Source of the DNA: a virus | Lineage: Duplodnaviria > Heunggongvirae > Uroviricota > Caudoviricetes | Virus record (IMG/VR): IMGVR_UViG_3300017560_000307 | DNA length: 64,000 nt | Reading direction: 5' to 3' (one strand) | Shown here: positions 45,590 to 54,313 of the stretch, one piece after another | Position numbering within the stretch: position 1 is the first letter of the stretch | How the letters are laid out: each line of letters opens with the position of its first letter | The notes under the pieces: generated by a model | Database searches by the model: none | What the model saw: the letters and a program-made list of their open reading frames with translations, nothing else | What the model was told of the DNA's origin: nothing | Position numbers and translations under genes: made by a program

Positions 45590-45987
45590 ATCACGCCTCC
45601 CTAGAGCTAGGTGAAGAGCTGTTTTACTTGAGCGGATGGGATCCTGGACACGAATTAGTGATTATTACGAACTCCAGAAATGCCTCTGATTGCGGAGTCA
45701 GGAAGCCTATCCACTTCAATAAAATTGGCTATGGCACCATGGGTTGCATCACATACAGCCCGGCCTATGACCTAGGATATTTGTTGAGGAAGTTGCCAGT
45801 GCTCATATTGGGAAACCAGAGCCTACAGATAATTCCTTTTGACGATGGATCTTGGGTATTGGAGTACAACAATTTAGATGGTTCCCCTTGTGGTATCGGA
45901 AGTGAAGCAATGGCTCCGGAAGACGCCGCATGCAAGCTCGCCATCAAGCTATTCAAGCAAGGAATCATCACCAAGGAGACTTTATGA
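45586..45987 (+). CDS. hypothetical protein
   Basis: 133 aa. ATGA overlap with neighbours. Confidence 0.45.
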   Translation: MNHASLELGEELFYLSGWDPGHELVIITNSRNASDCGVRKPIHFNKIGYGTMGCITYSPAYDLGYLLRKLPVLILGNQSLQIIPFDDGSWVLEYNNLDGSPCGIGSEAMAPEDAACKLAIKLFKQGIITKETL

Positions 45988-46304
45988 ACATCCCCAACGT
46001 CTCCGCCAAGAAGTTCTACGAGCAGCGCCAGGCCGAAGTCGACCGTAGCAACGAGGCGTTGCGCAACCGAAAGCCCAAGACGCCAGAGGAGCTCGCAGCG
46101 CTTCGCCAGAAGATCCAGGAGCACAAAGACCAGCCACGAGAGTTTGTGGTGGAGCGCGTCGACAAGCCCTATCTTTCCGATATCTTCAAGGGCCGCTGGG
46201 TGGTGACCGTCGTCGAGAGTGATGGGTTGATCGTTCGGCCAGCAGATAAGCTGTTCAGTACGGAGGAAGAGGCAAACGCCTATTACAAGGACATTGCGGC
46301 CTAG
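45930..46304 (+). CDS. hypothetical protein (likely start ATG about 45984, ATGA-coupled)
   Basis: MNIPNVSAKKFYEQRQ…. Confidence 0.45.
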   Translation: MQARHQAIQARNHHQGDFMNIPNVSAKKFYEQRQAEVDRSNEALRNRKPKTPEELAALRQKIQEHKDQPREFVVERVDKPYLSDIFKGRWVVTVVESDGLIVRPADKLFSTEEEANAYYKDIAA

Positions 46305-46321
46305 CCGCAGAATGGAGGACA

Positions 46322-46690
46322 GTGAAAGAAGTATTGATAAGTAAAGAAGATATGCGCGACATTCTTGTATCGGCTCTCAGGGATAGGCTGACGAACGAAT
46401 ATAGCAGCCCTGCAAGAGAAGTCGTGAATAAAGTAATGGCTGAAGTATCCCCAGAGTTTGAGGCAGTTCTGAAGGACGTTCTCAAGGAGGTGGTGCTTGA
46501 TGATGAGTTCAAGAATCAACTAAGGATTGAGTTCAGGCATAAGGTTGCCAAGCTGCTTGTCGGTGAGCTATCTGGCTCAGTAGATAAAGCAGTCAACTCA
46601 TTCAGGCAAGACCCACGTCTCAAGGCCCAAATGATACAGGCTATCGACTCGATAATAAGTCCAGTCGAGTCGGATACGCAGGACTCCTAA
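46322..46690 (+). CDS. hypothetical protein (GTG start after GGAGG)
   Basis: 122 aa. Confidence 0.45.
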   Translation: MKEVLISKEDMRDILVSALRDRLTNEYSSPAREVVNKVMAEVSPEFEAVLKDVLKEVVLDDEFKNQLRIEFRHKVAKLLVGELSGSVDKAVNSFRQDPRLKAQMIQAIDSIISPVESDTQDS

Positions 46691-46778
46691 GCCGGTAAGC
46701 AAACGGAAGCGTAGGCAGCGTCATCCGCTGCCTGGGGTTGATCGATTGTCGGTCGACCACAGCTAGAAGGGTGATGCA

Positions 46779-47015
46779 GTGAAAGAGACCAGAGAGGACA
46801 TTGTAGCCAAACTCGAAGAACGTAGGCAGCGGCTTGCAGACATGCAGGAGCGTGGTGTTGAGTCCTTGAGTCACTATGACAGGGAGATCGCTTTCGGTGG
46901 AGACGACCAGCTTGCTTTGGTGACTTCCATGCAGTTGATACGCAATCACATTGCTTACCACACCCGCCAGTTGGCGGAGATGGATGAGAAGCCGCAACAG
47001 CCTTCACTGTTCTAA
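46779..47015 (+). CDS. hypothetical small protein (GTG start)
   Basis: 78 aa. A hairpin GGCAGCG-tcatc-CGCTGCC lies upstream at about 46713-46731. Confidence 0.4.
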   Translation: MKETREDIVAKLEERRQRLADMQERGVESLSHYDREIAFGGDDQLALVTSMQLIRNHIAYHTRQLAEMDEKPQQPSLF

Positions 47016-47292
47016 TCCGATGCTACTATTAGAAGGAGGCGTGACCTCGAAAGGATGGCACTACATGGCAACAACACGAAAAGTAACCCTCCTTATCGAT
47101 AGCGAAATCGACGATGAGCTGACTGAACTCGCCCACTTAACAGGTCGTGACAAGCAGAGTCTTGCTCAGGAAGCCTTGCTTGAATGGCTAGAGGACCAGG
47201 AAGACATCAGGGATGCTCAGGCGATCCTCGCCGAAGGCAACCAGAGGATTCCGTTCGAGGAGGTCAAGAGAGAGCTTGGTTTGGCGAGTTGA
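46951..47292 (+). CDS. RelB/ParD-type (RHH) antitoxin; likely start ATG about 47065
   Basis: KVTLLIDSEIDDELTELAHLTGRDKQSLAQEALLEWL…RIPFEEVKRELGL is a characteristic antitoxin C-terminus. Confidence 0.55.
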   Translation: MLTTPASWRRWMRSRNSLHCSNPMLLLEGGVTSKGWHYMATTRKVTLLIDSEIDDELTELAHLTGRDKQSLAQEALLEWLEDQEDIRDAQAILAEGNQRIPFEEVKRELGLAS

Positions 47293-47539
47293 ATTTGAAC
47301 CGGCAGCCCGGAAGGCGCTGCGCAAGATCGATCGCACCTGGCAAGAAAGAATCATCAAATATCTCGAAGAGGTTAGTAGCCTTGAGAACCCGCGAGTGCG
47401 AGGAAAGGCCCTAACAGCAGACTTTTTAGGTCTTTGGCGCTACCGCGTCGGTGACTACCGGATTATCTGCGAGTTCGAGAATGACGTACTGATTATTGCC
47501 GTGATCAAGATTGCTCATCGCCGACAAGTCTATAAGTAG
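47213..47539 (+). CDS. RelE/ParE-family toxin; likely TTG start at about 47276 (87 aa) overlapping the antitoxin stop
   Basis: VWRVEFEPAARKALRKI…GDYRIICEFENDVLIIAVIKIAHRRQVY matches the RelE/ParE fold signature. Confidence 0.6.
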   Translation: MLRRSSPKATRGFRSRRSRESLVWRVEFEPAARKALRKIDRTWQERIIKYLEEVSSLENPRVRGKALTADFLGLWRYRVGDYRIICEFENDVLIIAVIKIAHRRQVYK

Positions 47540-47596
47540 GCTCACAGCCCCACCTCTTGGTGGGGTTTTCTTCTGTCCAGGGCCTAAATTGATGTA

Positions 47597-47625
47597 TTGA
47601 CATAGTATTGCATTAGGCGTATAAG
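47597..47625 (+). promoter_or_regulatory. sigma70-type promoter, family copy (TTGACA-N17-TATAAG)
   Basis: GTATTGACATAGTATTGCATTAGGCGTATAAGTAATGTAT. Confidence 0.55.
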
Positions 47626-47639
47626 TAATGTATAGCACA

Positions 47640-48472
47640 TGAACAAGCAAATACGTCATCAATCCGACCCAGGGGTACATTCACAGGGATGGCGAGTGTG
47701 AGCTTTGGATTCTTTGTAACGATTGGTAGGGAGAATCTATAGGGCGGCTAGATCGAGTTCCAATCTGAGGGAGTTCCAACCTACAGGCAGATGGAAATGA
47801 AACGAAATTGCCTGGATCAATAATGTCCACCTAGGTTCGAATCCTAGAGTCCCTGGGTTGGTTTGATGATGACAGTCATGAATCTAAGTGAGGGGTGGTG
47901 CAAAGCAGATAGACACGCCGCAACTCATGCCGGCTCGAGCCGGCGAGGTCAAGCTTCGGCCGCGGTGCTGGGGACGGAGATCCAGTAATGCAGGTGACTT
48001 TACGAGTTGCAATAGCGTACCTCTCAGCGTATGTGCGTAAATGGCATCTCGGCAACTCCTGCCCCCTCACTGAGATTCATGACAAATGATCGAGATTGTC
48101 CCCTCAGCTTCGGCTGGGGTATCGATTTAACCTCTCAACCTTCGTTGGAAGCAGCAAAATACCCAATATGCTGGCGTCGGCGTCTTCGGCGTCGGTTTTA
48201 AACTTCCTGCGATGAGTTGAGGGGATAGTCTCGATTCTTCCCAGAAGGACAGGCCTTTAGGTGTGGGTTTTTGCTAATTTTTCTCACATCTCCTGTTCTT
48301 CTGAGACGGATTGAGCCTCGATCGTTGATCGAAGAGGCTGGCTTTTGGCGAAGGGGTCTTATCCATGCTCCAAGCGTCCCAGCTCTTCGATGAGCGATTG
48401 AAGGTTTCGTGAGCAAGAGGAGACCTCCGGCCATTGCTCCCCCAGCTGGGCCAGGAGGTCTCCGTTTTCTTG
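47640..48472 (+). ncRNA. candidate large structured non-coding RNA (about 830 nt) between promoter and terminator
   Basis: No ORF over 60 aa on the sense strand. Many GC-rich hairpins with CTTCGG tetraloops, and a tRNA-like T-arm CTAGG-TTCGAAT-CCTAG at about 47838-47858. Bounded by the promoter at 47597 and a strong terminator at 48419-48472. Confidence 0.3.
48419..48472 (+). terminator. intrinsic terminator
   Basis: 10-bp perfect stem GGAGACCTCC…GGAGGTCTCC with an inner palindrome CCCAGCTGGG, followed by GTTTTCTTG. Confidence 0.5.
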
Positions 48473-48659
48473 CGAGACTCGGAGAGGAGACAAGAATCTC
48501 CGGGCGTTGTTTGAACCATGCGGTTCGTGTCCGTTGATCCGGCAGGGTCTCGTGGAGAGACGTGAGGGAGGGTGGCTACTTGGCTGCTCTCCCTCTAATT
48601 CTGATGAAAGGATATACGGCGTTCTAACGTCACCCTTCGCCTAGAGCTAGTCATCGGGA

Positions 48660-48983
48660 TTGGTTCTAATACGGAGGGTGATAATGGGCATTTTGGAGAC
48701 AATTGCCAAACAGGAAGTAAAGCGTTGGTTGAGTCCATACGCACTCAGGGGTGATACGGTCGAGTACACAGCGTCGGGCATCATGAGTATCGGATCACTT
48801 CACCTCAGTGCCAACGTCGGCAACTATGCCTGGTTCAACGGAGAGAGTGTCAAGCTCAAGAGTCGGCAGGTAGCTGTGACAATGGTGGGTGGCGTACCCT
48901 GCCTGTATATCTTCTCGCTGGAAAAGCTGTTCGAAGAGATCTTGCATCCCGAAATAGAAGTGAGCCAACCTGGATTATTTTGA
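48660..48983 (+). CDS. hypothetical protein
   Basis: 107 aa with SD GGAGGGTG. Confidence 0.4.
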   Translation: MVLIRRVIMGILETIAKQEVKRWLSPYALRGDTVEYTASGIMSIGSLHLSANVGNYAWFNGESVKLKSRQVAVTMVGGVPCLYIFSLEKLFEEILHPEIEVSQPGLF

Positions 48984-49037
48984 CTCCAAGAACAGAAAAG
49001 AGAACCTCTTTTAGCTCTCTAGAAAGGATGGTCACAA

Positions 49038-49619
49038 GTGACTGAAGCTTATCCCTTGCAGTGGCCGGATGGTTGGCCACGGGAGCAGAATCCCCAATAT
49101 TCCAAGTTTCAAACTGGATTGGTCCAGGCCAGGAATGGTCTGACCCGAGAACTCGAACGACTTGGAGCGAGTGACATTATCATTAGCTCTAATGCCGCTC
49201 TGAATAAGAACGGCGAAATCTCTGCCAGACAGCCAAAAATCCACGACACCGGTGTCGCTGTTTATTTCACTCTTCATGGTGAGCAACGGTGCCTGCCTTG
49301 TGATAAGTGGGTTTTTCTTGAGGACAATGTCCACGCTCTTGAGTTAACTGTAGGGGCTTTACGAGGGTTGGATCGTTGGGGGGCCAAAGAGATGGTCGAC
49401 GCTGCTTTCCGCGGCTTTGCTGCTCTTCCTCCCGGAGATAGTAGTTCAGTCTCTAGCGGATGGTGGACCATCCTGGATGTGTCACCCGAAGCAACGCTGG
49501 ACGAGATTGAGTCGGCATATCGACGCATGGTGAAGATTTACCACCCCGACAAGGGTGGCAACACCCACATGTTCAAGCTTGTGGTTGAGGCTTATAACGA
49601 GGCCAAGACTTCTTATTAA
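49038..49619 (+). CDS. J-domain (DnaJ-like) protein with C-terminal J domain
   Basis: IESAYRRMVKIYHPDKGGN carries the HPD motif at the C-terminus. The N-terminal 150 aa are unknown. Confidence 0.55.
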   Translation: MTEAYPLQWPDGWPREQNPQYSKFQTGLVQARNGLTRELERLGASDIIISSNAALNKNGEISARQPKIHDTGVAVYFTLHGEQRCLPCDKWVFLEDNVHALELTVGALRGLDRWGAKEMVDAAFRGFAALPPGDSSSVSSGWWTILDVSPEATLDEIESAYRRMVKIYHPDKGGNTHMFKLVVEAYNEAKTSY

Positions 49620-50226
49620 ACACAGGGGCGTTTCCACTCGAGACGCCCCTTCTTTCTTTCCGTATACTCCAGCAAGGAGATCCCTTGAACCCATTGTGAA
49701 TAAGGATGTGCCAGAAATGTGCGCGAGTTCAATTGCAGAAGACCATGTAGATATCAGAGCGCGACTTCTCTGGGATAAGTGGGAACCTCTACTTAAACAG
49801 GCAAATATCCCTGTGAGATTGACAGACATTCCACCTACAAAGCCCAGCGGTACAGTAAGCGCCTTATTCAAGGAGGATTCAAATGGACAGAGAACGATAC
49901 TTACAGAGACGATTCTGATTAGTAAGAATGTATCTGCCGAAAGTAGAGCCTGGACTCTTTTTCATGAGTTGAGTCACTTCGTGCTTGGTCATAACAGAGT
50001 GTCGAATAGTGAAATATCCGAGATGAGAAAAGAGTTCGAGTGTGAATGGATAACCCAGTTATTATATAGGAGATTCTTCCCTGGGGTGAAGTCCAAATAC
50101 TCGTTAGATGTCTCCTATTACTCCAAGAGCATCTATGATGATGAATTTATCAGGAATATTGTTTTTCATCAGGAACGGGTCGAGGAAGCGTACAAGAAGA
50201 TATTGTGCATCCTGCAAGGTGATTAG
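49555..50226 (+). CDS. ImmA/IrrE-family zinc metallopeptidase-like protein (likely start ATG about 49717)
   Basis: FHELSHFVLGHN is an HEXXH motif. The upstream part of the ORF overlaps the J-domain gene and a terminator. Confidence 0.5.
   Translation: MATPTCSSLWLRLITRPRLLIKHRGVSTRDAPSFFPYTPARRSLEPIVNKDVPEMCASSIAEDHVDIRARLLWDKWEPLLKQANIPVRLTDIPPTKPSGTVSALFKEDSNGQRTILTETILISKNVSAESRAWTLFHELSHFVLGHNRVSNSEISEMRKEFECEWITQLLYRRFFPGVKSKYSLDVSYYSKSIYDDEFIRNIVFHQERVEEAYKKILCILQGD
49625..49660 (+). terminator. intrinsic terminator
   Basis: GGGGCG-n13-CGCCCC followed by TTCTTTCTTTCC. Confidence 0.45.
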
Positions 50227-50229
50227 ATA

Positions 50230-50258
50230 TTGACATAATGTAAATATGAGCGTATAAG
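50230..50258 (+). promoter_or_regulatory. sigma70-type promoter, family copy (TTGACA-N17-TATAAG)
   Basis: ATATTGACATAATGTAAATATGAGCGTATAAGGAAG. Confidence 0.55.
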
Positions 50259-50280
50259 GAAGATATTACACAGGAGGTAT

Positions 50281-50487
50281 ATGGGTGAATCTAAGTCAGG
50301 GCTATCTTACGGAGGCCCAGGTCTACTTACACTATTAGGTGTTCTATTTATTGGACTAAAGCTGACTGGGTATATTGACTGGCCCTGGTGGTTAGTCCTG
50401 CTGCCTCTTTACGGCGGCCTAATCGTTGTCCTTCTAGTTGCTCTGATTATTGGGATTGTGGTTATCGCTGCTAAATCCAGGAAGTAG
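50281..50487 (+). CDS. small membrane protein (2 TM)
   Basis: LLTLLGVLFIGLKL and WWLVLLPLYGGLIVVLLVALIIGIVVIAA. Confidence 0.4.
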   Translation: MGESKSGLSYGGPGLLTLLGVLFIGLKLTGYIDWPWWLVLLPLYGGLIVVLLVALIIGIVVIAAKSRK

Positions 50488-50666
50488 TGCTCCACATGAC
50501 GACTCCTGGCCCCTACTTCGGTACTCAACCTTTTGGGTATCGAGGCAAAAGGCTAGGAGTAGACTATGCGATTGCGAGAGAGACTAAAGGCAATCTGGCG
50601 CTTCCTGCGCTGGGATACCCGCTACCGGATCGATGAGCATACCAGGAGAATTGCAGGCGATGACGT

Positions 50667-50861
50667 ATGAGCATCCCTTACTGGTCTAGGCCTTGGCTTG
50701 ACGGAGCGGAAGAGCACTACCGGGACGACGAACCTGAAGACTGGTCTGGAATGACCGACGAATTGGACGACGAAGAGCAGGATGACCACGACCGCCGCTA
50801 TGACGACTATTACAGCGAGCAGAACGGCGATATTGGGGATGAGGCAATGCCACCATATTAA
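50667..50861 (+). CDS. small highly acidic protein (DNA-mimic candidate)
   Basis: 64 aa, more than 40 percent Asp/Glu (DDEPEDW…DELDDEEQDDHD). Confidence 0.35.
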   Translation: MSIPYWSRPWLDGAEEHYRDDEPEDWSGMTDELDDEEQDDHDRRYDDYYSEQNGDIGDEAMPPY

Positions 50862-50919
50862 GAGACAACGGCCTGAGGGGTGCCGCTAAACTCCTCCATT
50901 TCTTTAGGAGACTCATAAG

Positions 50920-51441
50920 ATGTTTATACAACCAAAACCCAGTGATCTAAGTGTTGAGGAAGCTAAGAGGAAAATTGAAGAGTTGCAGCGGCATATTCAG
51001 GCTAAGGATTCTGAGAAGACTAAAGGGGTAACCCTCTATAAAAGAGATGGCTCGATTCTGGCCGAGACGGATAAAAGAACAGTGATAGAAGCGGTCTTGA
51101 GCAGTAAAGCCAACCTGTATGGAGCCGACCTGTATGAAGCCGACTTGCGTGAAGCCGACTTGCGTGAAGCCGACCTGTATGGAGCCAACTTGTATGAAGC
51201 CGACCTGAGTGGAGCCGACCTGAGTGGAGCCAACCTGCGTGAAGCCGACCTGTATGGAGCCAACTTGTATGAAGCCGACCTGAGTAAGGCCAACCTGAGT
51301 GGAGCCAACCTGAGTGGAGCCAACCTGAGTGGAGCCAACCTGAGTGGAGCCAAGTTCTATGGTCGAGGAGGCAATACGAAAATCAAGAAGTCCCAGATTG
51401 GTGACTTTCTTACTGCATTGGGAGTCGTTGCTGAAGAATAG
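50920..51441 (+). CDS. pentapeptide-repeat protein (Qnr/MfpA-like DNA-mimic fold)
   Basis: About 20 tandem A(D/N)LxG/E pentapeptides, such as ANLYGADLYEADLREADL…ANLSGANLSGANLSGA. Confidence 0.65.
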   Translation: MFIQPKPSDLSVEEAKRKIEELQRHIQAKDSEKTKGVTLYKRDGSILAETDKRTVIEAVLSSKANLYGADLYEADLREADLREADLYGANLYEADLSGADLSGANLREADLYGANLYEADLSKANLSGANLSGANLSGANLSGAKFYGRGGNTKIKKSQIGDFLTALGVVAEE

Positions 51442-51458
51442 AGGTAACGGCATAGGGG

Positions 51459-51779
51459 ATGCCGAAAACTATCCCCAACCCATTTCGGAGGATCATGTCA
51501 AAGAAACTCATCAATTGGAGTACACCCAAGGCCGTCCAGCAACGAGAGAAAAAATCTGCCAGTACATCTATGCCAAGCAAGGTCAACCGATCCACGGCCA
51601 AGTGGTGCAAGAAGCTCAAGGGAGCTCACAACTACAGCGAGATTGATGGGAAGAGAAAGTGGTTTTGGTGGACGCCAGAGTGCGGATTTCACCTCTTTGT
51701 ATGCTCGGGTTGTGGTCGGCATGACGTGAGATATGATCCCGACCTCTACGAAAGACCATTTTGGCGGGACGATAACTAA
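51459..51779 (+). CDS. hypothetical zinc-finger protein
   Basis: CGFHLFVCSGCGRHD. Confidence 0.4.
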   Translation: MPKTIPNPFRRIMSKKLINWSTPKAVQQREKKSASTSMPSKVNRSTAKWCKKLKGAHNYSEIDGKRKWFWWTPECGFHLFVCSGCGRHDVRYDPDLYERPFWRDDN

Positions 51780-51861
51780 ATATCCGGATTCATCTCATGT
51801 CCCTCGATTCTGGGAGGCAGCAGATGGCAGCCGGAAAGACAAGTACTCACCAAGGAGGTAG

Positions 51862-52434
51862 ATGGAGAAACAAATCAGTGCGTATCAATTCATATCGATG
51901 TATGAGAATTTGGGTTATGACATCGGCCGACTCGGCTGCATCATGCTTGATATCGACCCGGAAGACCTGGGGAAGCGAGTCAGCGAGGCCATCAAGCCGG
52001 AGGAGGTCTATGTTGATGAAGATCCGGCCAGCTATGCCACGGGAATAGTTGCTGGAGAACCACACGTAACCTTGCTCTATGGCCTATTGCGAAGTGGTCC
52101 CGAGATGCAGAAGCACATATTGCAGGTGCTCAATAGCGGCAATGTGTGTCCGCCCACCGTGCAAATCGACGAGGTTGGCTATTTTGATAGTCCCAAGGCA
52201 GACGAACCCTACTACTGTATCGTCGCCCACCTTGTTATCACCCCGGAACTCCAGGAGTGTAACGAGCGTCTGAAGTTCCTCCCCCACATCAACACTTTCC
52301 CGGGCTATAAAGCGCATATGACCTTGGCCTATATCAAGGAAGATGAATTAGTTCGAGACAGGGTAATTGAGGAGCTAAATACCATGCTCCGCGGCCGACT
52401 ATTGCCCACCAAGGGGCTGAATTTCGGAAGCTGA
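51862..52434 (+). CDS. 2H phosphoesterase superfamily protein (LigT/ThpR-like)
   Basis: Two H-x-T-x motifs, EPHVTLLYGL and KAHMTLAYIK. Confidence 0.55.
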   Translation: MEKQISAYQFISMYENLGYDIGRLGCIMLDIDPEDLGKRVSEAIKPEEVYVDEDPASYATGIVAGEPHVTLLYGLLRSGPEMQKHILQVLNSGNVCPPTVQIDEVGYFDSPKADEPYYCIVAHLVITPELQECNERLKFLPHINTFPGYKAHMTLAYIKEDELVRDRVIEELNTMLRGRLLPTKGLNFGS

Positions 52435-52518
52435 AAATGACTAGATCCTAGTTATCCCTCCTGGCTTCATCGGTGCTCAGACCATTTTCTGAGTAGCGAG
52501 AGAGGCTAGGAGCTATCC

Positions 52519-52848
52519 GTGAGCGACAAGCAAAACGGAGACTGGGATTTTGTTATCCATTCGTATTCGGTAGACCAGGCGTTGGCCGATGGTGTGTTGC
52601 AGGAGCCGTTCGATAACCGCTGTTACAACTCCCATCCACCCAAGCGACTGGTGATGACCGCAGCTATTGCGGAAAGCTTGACTCATGCTGACCTGCAAAA
52701 GGTTTGGGATGGTTGGCTGGAGTGGATTCTGACCGCTGAGGAATTGCCTGAAGAAGAGCGAATGTACACATTCGACTTCCACGGCAGGCAGGTCTGGGTT
52801 TTAGAGGATGGTGTGGCGATCACGATTTTATTTGCGGAGGACTATTGA
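52519..52848 (+). CDS. hypothetical protein
   Basis: 109 aa. Confidence 0.4.
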   Translation: MSDKQNGDWDFVIHSYSVDQALADGVLQEPFDNRCYNSHPPKRLVMTAAIAESLTHADLQKVWDGWLEWILTAEELPEEERMYTFDFHGRQVWVLEDGVAITILFAEDY

Positions 52849-53065
52849 CATGCTCAACCAAGAGCGAGCAGTCCTTCGACTGGGTAAGATCCGTGCCAAC
52901 CTGAACGAGTCCATCCGCATTATGCAGCGACTCGATAAGGACCTCCAAGCCCTGCAACAAGATCTGACGCCAACCTTGGCCGATATCCAGGAGCGAGAGT
53001 ACGAGCTGGAAGATCGCATTGATGTGATAAAGCAAGCTCAGAGGCTTTGGGGCGACAAGAAGTAG
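52808..53065 (+). CDS. hypothetical coiled-coil protein
   Basis: 85 aa. Overlaps the previous gene. Confidence 0.35.
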   Translation: MVWRSRFYLRRTIDMLNQERAVLRLGKIRANLNESIRIMQRLDKDLQALQQDLTPTLADIQEREYELEDRIDVIKQAQRLWGDKK

Positions 53066-53119
53066 AGACAAACGGTTATTGGGGAGTCCACCGCTAAGCG
53101 ACTCCCCACCCTACTTACT

Positions 53120-53536
53120 ATGAAAAACCATGTACCAACCCTAGAGACGTGCCAGAAGCTGAAAGAAGCTGGTTTCCCTCAACACTGTACCTTCAAGTGG
53201 ATAGATCCCTTGAGTCGTCCTGGAACCTGGGTATTGCGTACAGACTTCAACATGTTGACTGATGGTTCCATACGACCGCTCCGTCCTCAGTGTGCCGCCC
53301 CCATCCTGACCGAGATTCTGGATCAGTTGAAGCCCTACGCTCATCTTGACGAATGGGATAACGGTTGGTCCGGCTTTGACCTAAGCGTTTTTTGGGACGT
53401 AATCGACACCGATTGGACTTTGAGAATTGCTAATTCTGAAAGGCAGCTAGAAGAGCCGATGAGTTGTCCCCAAGAGTCCAGAGACAACATTGTCGAAGCC
53501 GCAGCCCTCCTTTGGCTTGAACTGAACCCCAAGTGA
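53120..53536 (+). CDS. hypothetical protein
   Basis: 138 aa. Confidence 0.4.
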   Translation: MKNHVPTLETCQKLKEAGFPQHCTFKWIDPLSRPGTWVLRTDFNMLTDGSIRPLRPQCAAPILTEILDQLKPYAHLDEWDNGWSGFDLSVFWDVIDTDWTLRIANSERQLEEPMSCPQESRDNIVEAAALLWLELNPK

Positions 53537-53749
53537 ACCAGTCTCGCCTTATCGAGAGGTGCGCAGACCATCTACGGGTGGTTGGAGCTTGATGAGGAGG
53601 CCCAAGCAGCCTAGTGTCAAGGGGCGTCTCTCGTGTTGAGGCGTCCCTATTCTTTTATGCTGTTGGAGCATCATATAGGCATTTGGGGCGGAACTATTGC
53701 TGTGGTGAGGGGAAAATTAATGGGGTTTTATATATGAGAAATTGCCCTA

Positions 53750-53778
53750 TTGACATATATTATGATATGTCATATACT
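53750..53778 (+). promoter_or_regulatory. sigma70-type promoter TTGACA-N17-TATACT
   Basis: TATTGACATATATTATGATATGTCATATACT, upstream of the gene at 53829. Confidence 0.45.
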
Positions 53779-53828
53779 AAATTTAGGTTAAATAATTAAT
53801 AAATATTTCATAGAAAGGCATTAAAACT

Positions 53829-54110
53829 ATGAGCAACAAAATCCTAATTATCCAAGTAAGCGATACAGAGGCTGAACAGGTCCAGCCTGAAGTGGTAGTG
53901 AAGTTAAAAGAATCTCATCAACAGAACAAGATAGAGCTAGAGAATGGTATTTGGCTAACAGATAATCTTGATGGTAGGTTCTATGATTCAGAAGATAATC
54001 TTTGGTTAGATGTATGGGAAGTTGAGGCAGATAGTTTCGACTTCAATAACCCTAATGACTACTGGGATAACGATAACCCGGCAATAGGTGTTGGGTACGC
54101 CAGGGCTTAA
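53829..54110 (+). CDS. hypothetical acidic protein
   Basis: 93 aa. Confidence 0.4.
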   Translation: MSNKILIIQVSDTEAEQVQPEVVVKLKESHQQNKIELENGIWLTDNLDGRFYDSEDNLWLDVWEVEADSFDFNNPNDYWDNDNPAIGVGYARA

Positions 54111-54172
54111 TAATCAAGACCTGGGCAGGTCTATAAACTGCCCTGCCTAAAAATATATTGACTCCAATAATC

Positions 54173-54313
54173 ATGAATAAACCAATTGAAATTACAAAAC
54201 TAACCTGCCAGCAATGCGGCCACCAGTGGAATCCTCGTAAGAGGTTTGTATCCCAATGTCCTAACCGAAAGTGCCAGTCGCCCAAGTGGAACCAAGAGAA
54301 GGAGGCGAAATAA
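54173..54313 (+). CDS. small zinc-ribbon protein (46 aa)
   Basis: CQQCGH…CPNRKC. TAATG coupling to the next gene. Below the ORF-track cutoff. Confidence 0.3.
   Translation: MNKPIEITKLTCQQCGHQWNPRKRFVSQCPNRKCQSPKWNQEKEAK

Noticed and set aside
50947-51453. Minus-strand ORFs 50947-51453 and 51036-51353
   Set aside because: They are antisense to the pentapeptide-repeat gene. Their openness is a by-product of the 15-nt tandem DNA repeats, and their translations are low-complexity (VGSTQ repeats, APLRL repeats).
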